Below, piece by piece: positions 49,327 through 62,472 of a stretch of 64,000 bases of DNA; position 1 is the first letter of the stretch, and each line of letters starts with the position of its first letter. The DNA lies in contig JAQGDQ010000067.1 in NCBI GenBank assembly GCA_030141605.1, positions 186,001 through 250,000 of the forward strand, in the 5' to 3' direction. The notes below the pieces were generated by a model, which searched no databases, had not been told where the DNA came from, and saw only the letters and a program-made list of their open reading frames with translations. Origin of the DNA: Tubiluchus corallicola. Taxonomy: Eukaryota > Animalia > Priapulida. A program made the position numbers and the translations under genes.

Positions 49327-52200
49327 TCGGTTAGCCGTGCCTGTAACCTGCGATCACCCTGCCAAATAAATGAGCAACAACAGAATATTTAAAATGTTAT
49401 AAGCAAAGCGCTTATTATGCTCACTGAACAACTTTTAATCAATATGAGCTACAAGGTTCTAAAGACTTTATATTTTTCTAACAAGACAGTGAGCTTATTA
49501 AATATTGTAAACAAGGTAGATCTTAAAGTGAATGACTGCTTACGTGCACTAGCATGCACTTCTAGGCCTGCTTTTTTTAATCCCAAGCCACTTTTAAAGA
49601 TGCAGTGTGCATTTATGTAACTTTTTTGTTGCTTACCGATCATATCCCATTTATTATGTTGCCAAGAGATACCTCTTGAAAGCTTTCTTGTTTATCTTTA
49701 ACCGGTGCTGTATAGGTCTGTGACATTTTGGTGTGAGTGTGCATGTTGTGCATAGTTCATTATATACAGAGTCTTGATTATTAGCATAATGTGTTGAGAA
49801 AGCCATTGTGTAGACTGACATTCAAACTAAAGACTGCATTTAATTATCCAGTGAATTTGACTATGCAAAATAATAGCTATTAGACTAAGCTGCATTCATA
49901 CTGTATTTATAAGACTTGTGTAAATGGTTGTATATTTTCATGAATACTATAGTAGCTGACAGTACACCCTTTCACTCTTATAAGCTTGAGGCTAAAAAGA
50001 ATTTTAGCAGCGTTTAATTATGTTAGCTGAACAGAAATCGTGAATAAAATATTTTCAGTAAGATAGCTAGTAATAGAGAATGCCAGATTAAACATTAGAA
50101 CTTTATTTAACAAATTGTATTCCTGAGACTCCATAAACTAACTGACAACTCGCTTATTGGGATGTTACCTTTTTAGGTTATAACTAACCTAGCAATAACT
50201 AGCTCACGATTTTAGGAAAGAAAGTAGCAAAATATTAATACCCATAGAGACTTGCAACAACTAACTAAAATATACTATGACTGTTATTTTTTGCAAGCCG
50301 AGACTGTTGCAGCTCTGTTATCTTTTACTAAAATCTTTTCTCACTGCAATACACGTGCTCTGAGGTAACACCACACTCGCGTTAGTGATTACAACAACGC
50401 AGTGCCTTTGTCTGCTTTGATGTCGATTGAAAAAGTGTACACATGGAAGAATTGAAGAAAAAAATTTCTTTTTTTCTAGATTTGGCCTCTTTCCAACAAA
50501 AACCGTAACAAAATTGCAGAGCCTGCTATCGTAGTTTTGAAGTACATATCGAGTTTCTTATGTTGTTCTTATTTGTAACGTATGCACATTGACCAGTGGA
50601 GAAATCATGCCGTGATATTTATTATTCACATTATTTATTTACGTTACACATTGTAACATTTACAAATTTTAGCTTTGTTACAAGTATTATTAGTAATAAT
50701 AATGTTATTATTTTTTTTTATGCACTTATGTAATTTTGGAAAATAAGTTAGAATAATTATTAATTAATGCACATAATACCATTTGTATAATTTAGTATGT
50801 AAATAATAGATTCTTGGAAACTTGTTCCCAGTTTTAATGCAGCATTAGCTTATTATAAGATTATAGCATTAGCTTATAGCTGATTATAAGGTTACATTTA
50901 ATTTATATATTTCTTTTGTATAAGAACTACTGTTATGATTTAACTGTGATAAGATATTTGATTAAATGTGCTGTTATTAGTGAGATATATGTGTTGTAGG
51001 TTGAATCTAGTTTACTTGACCAAATAAGATTGACCATTTTTTATTAATTGCTTGTAGTCGATCTATATCCAGTATTAATAATTTATTAAAAACAAAACAA
51101 AAAAATAACTGAAATAATGCAACTTTGAAATATCATATGTTTGCCAATTCTGCACACGTTCTTGATGGTGACAGTGTGTAGTCGTGATGTGACCTCTTGA
51201 CTGTTAAACCAGTTCTAATCCGAATGGTGGCTCCTAAACCACTAACAAATCGGAGTTATTATTACTAACTAAAATTAAAAAGACCACAATTCGTTTTTCT
51301 GCCAGTTTTTGAACAGATTCCCAAAGGTTCTCTGGTTATTATCCTTTTATCTGTCTTGCAACTTTGTCAATGTTCTGGCAGTTACCATAAAATGTCAAAA
51401 GTTAAAGTTTTCTGGTTAAAATTTGTGGCAATTTTTAGTAAGCAGACACAACTAGTCGCCATGTACCCATGTAACTTTTGGGCACATCCTTGTTCATTAA
51501 GTGAACGTAATAGTACAACTAACTAATATCGGGCTCGGCTGCAACTTATTTTTCATATACTATCAGTGATAATCAGTGATAAACGACTTGCTCACTGAAC
51601 ATTAATCATTAGTAAGTTTGTAATATCTCAAAATAAATCCCTGTAAACACTTAAACATTTCCATTCCATTTTATTAACTATCTTGAAATTGGCCACCATA
51701 AAAAGACTAACAATTGAATTAATCACCTATGTGTAATATGTAAGCTTGTGCATATAAATTTTTGTAACCATTGACGATGGCTGAAGAATAAGCAAGATGT
51801 TTTTTATTGTTGTACTGTCTTTTTTGGTTTTTTAATTCTGTTGGCTGATAACATAGCAGAATTGTGCATGAATGTATATGTACATATAATCAATCAAAAG
51901 TTTTGCAAAATACAGTTTATTGTGTTTAGGTTACAAAAAGTACAACTTCATGATAATGCTAATGCAATTGATGTGTATAAAATGTTTCAGTCAGGTACTT
52001 ATTTATAATAATCATGTAACAATAATGCTAAATGCGATTGATATATGTAAAATGTTTCTGTTAGGTACTTATTTATAATAATCATGTAAGTAGAAAAGGT
52101 TGCATGCGCTTTTATAGAAACACAAGAGCTTGACTATAAAGACGTTATTTGTTTTGTATAAGAGTTTTCTCACCAATTAATAAACATTTTGCTTGCAAAA
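49327..52200 (+). other. Putative 3' UTR of the GEF gene
   Basis: AT-rich, no coding exons seen; AATAAA at 49365, 50043 and 52179; true end unknown. Confidence 0.45.
51952..52089. repeat. Tandem duplication of about 69 bp in the putative 3' UTR
   Basis: ATAATGCTAA...GGTACTTATTTATAATAATCATGTAA occurs twice. Confidence 0.8.
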
Positions 52201-52859
52201 CTAGCCCTGACTGTTCTGTTTAACAATTTCTTCATTTTAATGCAAGGAGACGACTAGCGTCATTGCCATTTTACGAGTGGCTTTATACTTATTTTTTGGT
52301 AAAATTAACCAAGACATATCAAAAGCAAAGTATTTCAAGTTTTGCACAATTATAGTTCAATTTTGTTGCGGTGACTTTTAAGACAAACATTTGAGGTTTA
52401 TGAATTTATAAATTTAGATGTGTTAAAAAAAGCTAAAAACACGCAGCTCAGACCAGCTTTGACCGTACTCCACCAAATATTGTAATCACTACGAACAGTA
52501 GGAATGATATACATGTGCATTAATTTATTTGAAATGAATAATCCTACAATCAAGAAATAAAAAATCACGATATTTCAGTCTACGACCATTTTCAGGCGTA
52601 ATTAATGCATTTGGGCATTTATTAATAAATAACGACATGTGACGAGAAAAACTCGTTTAGAAGTTCCCATAGTTTTTTGCTATTTTATACAAAATTACAT
52701 AGATTTATTTAATGAATTTTATAACCAGCTTGTTCATGAACTACGTATATTCAGACTGACGTTTATTATGTGATCAGTCAAAGAAATTCAATAATGTTTA
52801 TAAATACAAAATTACATAGATTTATTTAGTGAATTTTATAACCAGCTTGTTCACAAATG

Positions 52860-54370
52860 TTTCAGTACGTCTGTAGATCCTAACAGATTATTGGGATCAG
52901 ATGTAAATGCCGTCAGACATGACGTATTAGTATATTAGTAGATGTTTTAGATTGCGGTCTAGGTCTTGAGTTTAGGTGTACAGGTCTTCTAACAAGCCTA
53001 CTGGGGCTTACTTTGTATTTCCTTATTCAGATGCGTAACTTTGCCTGTAGAAGTCTTCTGCCATGTACTTTTGATTGGCAGTACATTTCTTCCGCCCACA
53101 TTTTTGAGATTACTCTGAGTGCATTCTGCTAGATGTTTCGGGTTGTTTGTAGATGTTTGGGACTGCTCTAAATGAATTCTGGTTAGATGCTGTAGTTTTG
53201 TCTATATATCTCAATAGATGAGTAGAATTGGATGTGCGTGTCAGATGTTTCAGATTGCTCTAGGTGAGTTCTTATTACGTGTTTCAGCATTTTTGAAGAT
53301 CTCAACAGGTTATTGCGATCAGACGTAAATGCCTTCAAACTTGATGTAGATGTTTTAAGGTTACTTATAGATGCCATTTTACCAAACGGTTGAGTCTTTC
53401 TTCCAGATGCTTGTGTTTGGTCATTCATGTCTTCTATGAAGCTAATTGAGGCTACCGGTGTATTTCTCTATCAGATGCTTATCTCATTGCCTAACATTGC
53501 CTGTGCAGGTCTTCTAGTTAGGTATTTAAGATTTGCAAAATATTTCGTCAGTCTAGATGTTTGACATTAGTCTGAGTGAATTCTGATTAGACGTTTCTGC
53601 CTACATGTCTTACATTGCCCTATGTGAGTTCTGACTAGATGTTTCAGGTTGTTTGTAGATGTTTGGCTCAGCTCTAAATGAGTTCTGGTTAGATGCTGTA
53701 GTTTTGTCTATATATCTCAATAGATGAGTAGAATTGGATGTATGTGTCAGATATTTCAGATTGCTCTAAGTGAATTCTTATTAGGAGTTTCAGGATTTCT
53801 GTAGATCTCAACAGATTATTGCGATCAGACATAAATGCCTTCATACTTGACGTAGATGTTTTACGCTGGTTGGGGTTGCTCTAAATGAGTTTTGACTATA
53901 TGCTGCAGTTCATCTATATATCTTAATAAATTAATAGAATTGGAAGTGGATGCCTTCTAACTAGATATGTGAGGTGTTCTCCCTTTGTTTAACATTGCCT
54001 GTACAGGTCGTCTGGTTAGGTATCTGAGATTCAAAATAGATTTCATCAGTCTGGATGTTTGAGATTGCTCTAAATGTGTTCTGATTAGATGTTTCAGTAT
54101 GTCTGTGGATCTTAGATGTACGTGTCTTCTAACAAGCCAAATGAGGCTTTCTGTGTATTCAGATGCGTTACATTGCCTGTAGAAGTCTTCTGCCATGTAC
54201 TTTTGATTGGCAGTACATTTCTTCCGCCCAGATTTTTGAGATTACTCTGAGTGCGTTCTGCTAGATGTTTCGGGTTGTTTGTAGATGTTTGGGACTGCTC
54301 TAAATGAATTCTGGTTAGATGCTGTAGTTTTGTCTATATATGTCAATAGATGAGTAGAATTGGATGTACG
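52860..54370. repeat. Complex hierarchical degenerate repeat built on TAGATGTTT...ATTGCTCT
   Basis: About 53024-53236 nearly identical to 54156-54367; about 53130-53355 similar to 53636-53860. Confidence 0.85.
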
Positions 54371-54789
54371 TAATTAAGTGGATGCATCAGGTATTAGTTA
54401 AGTTAAAGAAAAAGCATACTCAAAATTTTGTAAAACTGAGCATCCATACACGGAAGTGTGCACACAAATGACTGTGAAAATAAAAATCTTTTATTTTACG
54501 CGTTGAGGTTCAATGCAAGCGGTGGCGTCAACTGCCACCATTGTTTCTGAAATAATCAGTATCTTCTAAAAGCGAAGACGCCTTTTATTTCAGAATGGTG
54601 GGGGTAGTGTGGCGGGTCGCGGGATTAAACCGTCTTGGAAACCACAGGCTTCATGAAAATGTAGTATTGAATGTAAAATTGCATTGGCCAATCAGAGTTC
54701 AGTTTTTCTAGCCCGATTTTTCGAGCGTGTGACCTGCCCTCGTAGACTCGAGGGCAGTGCGTTCTCAGCATTGTTCGGCTGCGGATTTC

Positions 54790-55500
54790 ATTTTTTTCTT
54801 GGTTTCTGTTATTAAGTTTTTAAATCAGGCGTGATACAGCAAGTTCTGGTTTAAGCTCTTGGTTGGGTAGGTATTGCCCCATAGTAAATTATAATTTTGG
54901 ACGTAGGGAGGAAATAGAGAATTATACAAAGTAGTAAGTGCTGATTGGGGTAATGTGTCTGACTTGGTAAATAATTCCTAAAGCTTTGGATGTTTAATTT
55001 TTAAGTGTTCCCTGTTCATGCCATGTTAAATGTTCATCAATGATTGTCCCTAACAACTTTATAGATTTTACTCTGTTGATTTGAACACGGTCAACTTTAA
55101 CTATTGAATCACTGGGACATTTCTTATTTTGCTTGAAAAAAGTAAATATTTTGTTTTATCAATGTTTAAGTCAAAGTTTGTTGGCTTTAACCCAAGCAGA
55201 TAGTTGAATAAGTTCATGGTGTACAACGTTTAACATAGTTCAATATTTTGAGTTGCTGTAAAAGATATGTATAATCTGCAAATAGAATAAAGTTTAAAAA
55301 TCTGAGACATTACACAGGTCATTGATATAAACAATAAAAAGTAAGGGGCCAAGAACAGATCCCTGCAGTACGTCATAATTTTCTTTCAAAGAAATCTATG
55401 ATTAATTTGTACTGATTGTTGTCTATTTGTGAACATATACATATATTCTAATACATATTGTGAACTCGTTGTCTATTGCTTTAGATAACAAATCATATCT
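54790..55500 (-). mobile_element. L2/Crack-type LINE RT fragment
   Basis: QGSVLGPLLFIVYINDL near 55316-55366; KANKL*LNIDKT near 55155-55190. Confidence 0.75.
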
Positions 55501-56754
55501 GTGGAATGATTATGTTTGAATGCTAGTTGCTTTTTACATACTATACTATTTTTTAAGGTAATCTAGAAGCCTATTACTTTCCTAAAAACTAAAAACAGTA
55601 ATAAACTAAAATATTAGTTTTTTTACTGTAGAACGAAATCAAGCAATACGCATGTTCTCTGCAACACTGCCTTTTATTAATAATTCCAAAATTTGTTCGA
55701 AAGTAATTAAAAAAAAATCGAGTCGACACCTTGAAATTCGGTTTGATTCGAGTTCGAAAGTCAAAAATTGGATTCGATTCAAATCTGCTTTCTAACAGAG
55801 AATGATCACCCCTACTTGAAATCCCAAGATAAACAGTAAACAGATAGGGCCTAATTGCTGGTGTGGCATCTCAACTCAGGACATTTTTAAATGGGTATTA
55901 ATGAAGTATTGAATAAAAAAACAAGTATTTCAGAAAGCTGACATTTTTGACAAAAGGTTATTATTGTAAGAAACAGGATTGAATCATAGTGAGTGTATTG
56001 GTAAAACTTGAATCAGCTATATGCAGGATACTATACCTGGGTTTATTTGTGCAATTGTGCATCTATTAGAAGAACACAATACAGCTTTCTTACTGAGATG
56101 TCTACAGGTACAGTGTAAGTCCATTCTATCACAAGGGAATTACATAAAATCAAAACCTTGAATATATTATATTCACAAAACTGTAAAAGTATTTAAAAAT
56201 AAATTACACTACAATGACAAATCTATATACAAATATTTACATACTGGACCTGAATGATATAATGAAACAATGGTAGTTTCATGTATAAATGAACAGAAAA
56301 AAAATTATTAACCTCTGCATATAACTGGTGTATTTTCATATGAACAACATTTGACATTAATAGCAAGTTTAAGTACCTTTTTCCATTTTAACTGCAGGGT
56401 AACGTATTGCATAATGTATATAAAAGCACTAGAACATATTTAGCTACCTTAACAAATACAATAAATATGTATTGAGCTGCCTTAATAATTGCAAAACATG
56501 TACCATTTAGCTATTTTAATAATGTGCTTAGCGAATGTACATTCATTCATAGCTAAGCTGCATGTCTGCTACACACTATCCTTCAATTTCTTACAATTTT
56601 GCAGATGAACATCTTTGAAATAAGTCATACTCTATCAAGCATTAACATGTCTACCATTTTCACTTGCTTGATAAAAACTGTCACACAAACTCATAACATC
56701 AATATTGCAATTTCCTCAGGTATAGTAATCCTTACAGTATTTTGTGTAAAATCA

Positions 56755-56859
56755 TCAAAAATATATAGTAAGCTCAGGTCGCTGCTGATCCACATTACTG
56801 TCACTTGATCGTATACTCGTGTTCAATGGCTCTACACTCACATTTGGATCCAACATCGT
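56755..56859 (-). CDS. Terminal coding exon of the same convergent gene: TMLDPNVSVEPLNTSIRSSDSNVDQQRPELTIYF*
   Basis: On the - strand: strong TCTCTTGTTTGTGTTTTTAG acceptor, phase 0 frame open to TGA; - strand AATAAA near 56042. Confidence 0.65.
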   Translation of the reverse strand, partial: TMLDPNVSVEPLNTSIRSSDSNVDQQRPELTIYF

Positions 56860-57120
56860 CTAAAAACACAAACAAGAGATCAGTGCAAGGTCGGTAGAAT
56901 ATACAGTGTTTATAACCTAGGACCTATAATTATATACCTTAATTATTCTTGATTATTTTTTTACAAATTGTAGACTATAGCTAATTTGATTACATTGAAC
57001 AGTTAGCTTCACCCTGCTGCAGAAAGGTAGTTCTGTTATTGTGATGTTCTTAAATAAACATGTAAAACGCAATGATTATAGTTCCGACTGTTTTATTTTC
57101 TTACACTTAAAAAAGTATAA

Positions 57121-57770
57121 ATAAATAGAATTTTAAATTCCAAGTTTCATGAGCTGGTTGCTCTTGTTGACATATATAACCCACTTATTTTAGGTATAAC
57201 AGAAACTTGGTTCAATGAAAAGATAGATTTATCTGAATTTTGTTTATCAGGTTTTCATAAACCGTTTCGTCAAGATCGTCTTGATACTTTGGATGGTAGG
57301 GGTGGTAGCGTTGTGTTATATGTAAGTACAGAACTTGTAGCACGGCAGATTTTTACTATTGAAGCTGAGAATTTTACTAATTTTGTATGGGTTGAAATTC
57401 AGCAAAGCAATAAAAGAAATGTTGTTATTGGATTAGTATACCGATCTCCTAATTCTAATGAAATAAATGATTCTATGCTCTTTAATATGTTGAGCAATCT
57501 TCATTCTAAGGAATATATTATATCTGGAGATTTCAATTATCCTGATATTAATTGGGAATGTTTGACAGCCTATCCTAAATCATCTACTGATTTTCTGAAT
57601 GTTACATTAGATGGTTTCTTTACTCAACATGTAAATTTTCCTACACGTGAGAAAAACATCCTTGATTCCATATTCTCAACAGATGAGAATATTATTAGTA
57701 ACCTTCATTTCAGCAGCACAGAATTTTGCACGTGATTCCGAGCTTTAATTTTAATCTACCTGAGCCACAG
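57121..57770 (+). mobile_element. CR1-group LINE apurinic endonuclease fragment in an intron of the convergent gene
   Basis: ILGITETWF, RGGSVVLYV, GLVYRSPNS, GDFNYPDINW, FPTREKNILD. Confidence 0.88.
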
Positions 57771-58681
57771 TCACAGACTAACTTAATTGCATAGACTTCA
57801 CTTGTTTGATCTTAAGTTGAAAAAACTACTTTAGAACAAAGGATCAATCAATACGATTGTTATATTGATTGTACAATGCAGCAGTAGTTCAAACAACACA
57901 CCACACTAAAAAATGCAGCACAAAAGTCAGTCTTATAACAGATTGCAGCATGCAGTGAACTTTACATCTTAACATTAACATAGCATGACAGCAGCTAGTT
58001 AAACATCACAGAATCAACAAGACTTGTAAAATCATATAATTAAAAACACAAAACATGCTCTTTTATCACTCACCAACCATGTTATGTAAATGCGTCATGG
58101 TGATCAGTTCCATTTTTAACACACTGTTTTTAAAAAAGATAGTGGTTACTGTGGATTTGATAACAAACATCCTAACGGTATAAGAGAAATATGAATTCTG
58201 CCATGTTCCCATTATTCATTTAGGCAAAGAAATAAGCTAAGTTCGAAATTGAAATTTATTTTTTCTGCAATTTACAAATGTACAGTAGCCACTGCCAGTC
58301 TATAAGGGAACAATAGATGAATAGTATACAGGTAAATAAAGCCTAATTGCTGGCAATAAGTGAAAAGGGAGAGAGGATAGCAAGCTGACCAAAAAGACAT
58401 CAAGTCAGCCATCCTTTTAATATGTTAAAATTATATGATCACAGGCGGCACTACTGAGAAATGAGGTACAGACAATAAAACCAGCTTGATTTCATAAATT
58501 AGTTGTTTATAAACAAAAACTGAGGTAATTAACACATAAGTGTATGTATATTTGCAGTTAAGTTGATAAATGAATGTTTGATTTAACAATATTATAATTT
58601 ATACTATGACAAAAAAAGCACTAAGTATATCTTAGGCAATGATATGCGATCCTTTATGTTTAAATGTTTTATTTTACTAAC

Positions 58682-58852
58682 CTCGATTTGAGTGTCAGAC
58701 TGTGGATGTTCTCCTCCCCAATCATCCACTTCCTCTGTCATACCAATGGTCACATGCTTGCCATGTTTCTTTTTTCCTGCTTGTTCATTCACCATGCTGT
58801 TAGGATGATGTACTTGAAGTGCTGGTGCTACTTCAATTTTTTGGTCATTTAA
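58682..58852 (-). CDS. Penultimate coding exon of an unidentified convergent gene: LNDQKIEVAPALQVHHPNSMVNEQAGKKKHGKHVTIGMTEEVDDWGGEHPQSDTQIE
   Basis: On the - strand: TTTCAG acceptor, 171 nt stop-free, GAG|GTTAGT donor, phase 0/0. Confidence 0.7.
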
Positions 58853-60100
58853 CTGAAATCATCAGAGTGTTACTTAAAAATATATCGTCAACATCATCAA
58901 CATGATAATTATAATCTTTGTTTTCGTCGTCGTGTTTTTTAAACTGTAAGTTCTTTAAACTGCCCTTAACTTGCAGATGGTGAGATCAACAAAATAATAA
59001 CTAAATGCCTGTGCATTATTAATGGCTTAACAAATTCATTGTGCCTAAATTTCCAGTAGAGGGAATATTCAGTGCGAGTCATCTGGTTACTCTTGCCAAA
59101 TCCAAAACAAGTACAATTTTCCATGAACAGTCGTGATATAAAAAAGAAACAGACCACAAATCCATAAAAATGCAACACTGTTTCAGATCAAAAACTTGAA
59201 TATTTTAGCACTATTTTATCACACCATTGTAACTATACTGCCTACATCACATTCCCCTTTTCTTTGAATTTTACTATGAGATTCAAGATTACAAGAAAAA
59301 TTTAACTTTAAATCATCAGCAGTATATAAGCTAGTGCTTTAACAGCAATTCCAGCAGGTCTATATTAGTGAATCGCAAAGCAATAATTGTATTAATTTTT
59401 AGTTACAAAACTGTAACATGTCAACCAGGCTTAACTGAACAAACAGAATGTAGCAAGAGAATGGCAGTTCAAATTGTATAAAATCTCAAATGGCACCAAT
59501 ATTTATTTCGACTGCTTAAACTAATGTCCTTTGTTTGGCATTTAATGGATCAGTTAAATAATCCATAGAACATTAGTATTTAAACATAATAGCAATTATC
59601 TCTAAAATGATACTTCTGCACAATAAAATTATCAAGTTTAGCTTTCCTTGGGAAATACACATCTTTAACCAAACATTCAGCAACTATATTTGTAACTGCT
59701 ATGTGTTTAAACAGCAAACACAAATAATATAAACATAAATATAAATCATGTATGTAATGTAATAATTAGCCAGTACATGTGTAATAAATTTACATCTTAT
59801 TTACCACATCTACCTGCATCTAACCACATTTACCTACATCTTTCATCTTATTTACCAATAAAAACATACAAAAAAAGAGAAATATTTGCTTAACAAAATT
59901 TGCATAATTCTGTAATCTTTAAGCTATGTCATTACAAAAGTAGTTACCCAAATTTGTTTGTGCCTCTCTCTTATTGGTTTAGGAGATTTCTGAATAACTA
60001 ATTTGTTACCAGACTAGTAACAGAAGAGAAGTCATTTTGTGACAGACCATCCAAATTTTGTCTGTGGATGAGTCCCCAGACTGTTTATCATCTGCAGCAG

Positions 60101-62470
60101 TTATTATTTATTTTTTTATTATTAATTCTTTATTTGTCATTAAAATGGTTCACTCATTATAATACAAATGAGTAAGCCTCAGCGTAATGTTAAGATAACA
60201 ACACTGTTCAAGACAAATGCGTCCAGTGCATACTAAAAAAAACTAAAGTGCAAAACTAAGGTTTAATTATATACAACAAATTGGACATATTTACAAACAC
60301 CATATTAAAATATTTTTACAAAACAGTATTACAAAAGTTCATTAAATTTTACATGACATATTTTACACTATATATACATTTGACATGACACAATTAACAG
60401 AAACATGCTTTACATTACATAAATTTCACTCATTACATTTACACTATTTATACATTTGACATTAAAAAACTAACATAACACGTATTACATTACATAATTT
60501 TTTAAAAATTTTACATTCTTAATCGTTTTATGGAGTCAGGGGTGGGGGTAGATGAAAGTTGATTCTGTGTAATTAGTATCAGATGCATAATCTGGAAGAT
60601 GAAGCCTGTTATATTGATATTCTTTTAATTTCTTTTTAAAGTGCTGGAGAGATTCTATTTGTTTTATTTCACTGGGTAGTAAGTTCCATAAATGTATGGC
60701 TTGTTTTGATGTACAGTTATTTCCAAATTTATTGTTTAGTGTAATTTACTTTAAATTGTGTGTTCTATTGTTTAAAGTAGTATCAGGAATGAATGATAAG
60801 GGATTGTTTATAAACGGAATGCACAGTTTATTGATATATTTATAAAGAAATATCAGTGTTTTGTAATCTCGATAGGCTTCTAATATTGGTATTTTTGTGA
60901 AAGTTCTTAAGCTTGTTGCAGAAGCAGCATGGCATAGTTTTGCATTGTATTTAGTTTTCCAAAGTTTTCATTTTTAACGTTTTGAAGTAACGTGCAACCA
61001 TACAGATAATGTGGTAATATCAGACTTTTGTAGATGAGAATTTTTGTTTTCTTGGTAAAATGGCCTCTGGCTTAGCGTAAGAATGCCGTGCTTAATGCCA
61101 TCTTGTTGTGTATTTGATGAAACTGTTAATCCCAAGTGAGTTTATTATCGACAATAATGCCTAAAAATTTTACATTATTTGCTTGTTCTATGGAACAGTC
61201 ACCTGCATTTAGTGTTGTATTAGAAGATGTAATGTCATTTGCTTTCGGTGATATTACCATAAATTCTGTCTTACCATCATTCATTTTTAAACCAAAATAG
61301 TTAAATGCTGCATTTATATTTATTATGTCTTTTTCTAGATTATTTTTCGATGTTAGAAAGTCTGCGTGTGCTGTATAGATATGCAGATGATAGTTTTATC
61401 ATCGGATATTGTGTTAAGTGTGAATTATGAAAACTAAATGAATTTTATTAACATATAAACAAAACACTAAAGGACCTAATATCATACCTTGCGGGATGCC
61501 TCTCTGTGGTGTGTCCCATGTTGAAAAAGTGTGTTTGTTCAGCTTGACTCTTTGTTTTCTATTGTGTAGGTAATTATTAATCAGTTTGAGAGAAGTATAA
61601 TCGAATCCTAGTTGGTGTAAGCTGTTTAGTAGTAAATTGTGATCGAGGTCAAAAGCTTTACTTAGATCTAAAAATGCTGCTGTTATATATTCATTTTTAT
61701 TTAAGTTGTAACGTCACTTTTCAGTGGCATCAATTATTGCGTCTATTGCAGAATGTAGTTTTCTAAAACCGAATTGATGATTTGACAGTAACTTATTATT
61801 TTCAATGTAATGGTTTATTTGGTTGTAGATAACTCTTTCAAATACTTTGGCTAGTACATGCACTACTGAAATTGGTCTGTAGTTTTTAGCGTGGCCTTTA
61901 GCATCTTTCTTGTGTATTGGAGTTATGTTTGCTTGTTTACACACTGCTGGAAATTCTGAGCGCATTAAGACTTGGTTTGTGATATATGTTAGATGAGAAG
62001 TAATGGTGCTGGCACAGTCTTTTAAGATTTTTATTGGCATGTCTGAGGGTCCACTTCCTTTATTTATATTTAAACTGTTTAATATTTTAAACATGTCGTA
62101 TTCGGTGACGCTAGTAAATGAGAAAGTGGATTGTGTTTGTGTTACTGATTGGTTTTTGTATATATTGTGTATATTTGCATTGTATTGGCGTGGCAAGTTG
62201 TCAAATTTTCCGAGATTGATAAATGTGGAATTTAATATATTAGCAATGTCAACTGGATCAGATATCATACTGTCATTTTCTCGTAAACTGTTTATTTGTA
62301 ATTGATCGTTTCTATATCTGTTAATATGTCATTAATTAAATGCCATTTTTGTTTAGGTGTAGTTGCATCATTGCATTTATTAGTATAATATTTATTTTTG
62401 AGTTTCCTATTGTAGTTATTAAATTTATTTCATGCCTTTTTGTAATTACAATAGGAAACTTAAAAATAAA
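60101..62470 (-). mobile_element. L2/Crack/Daphne-type LINE, 5'-truncated, with A-rich tail
   Basis: ORF 61714-62268 NYRPISVVHVLAKVFER...HQFGFRK; AFLDLSKAFD; GIPQGMILGPLVF; TTA/T-rich tail at 60101-60130. Confidence 0.88.
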
Positions 62471-62472
62471 TA

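Noticed and set aside
52860-54370. Possible CRISPR-like array
   Set aside because: No constant repeat with unique spacers, no cas genes, and a eukaryotic context.
60010-60092. Possible upstream exon of the - strand gene (QNLDGLSQNDFSSVTSL followed by GTAACA)
   Set aside because: Acceptor is weak and sits next to a LINE tail; cannot be supported without transcripts.
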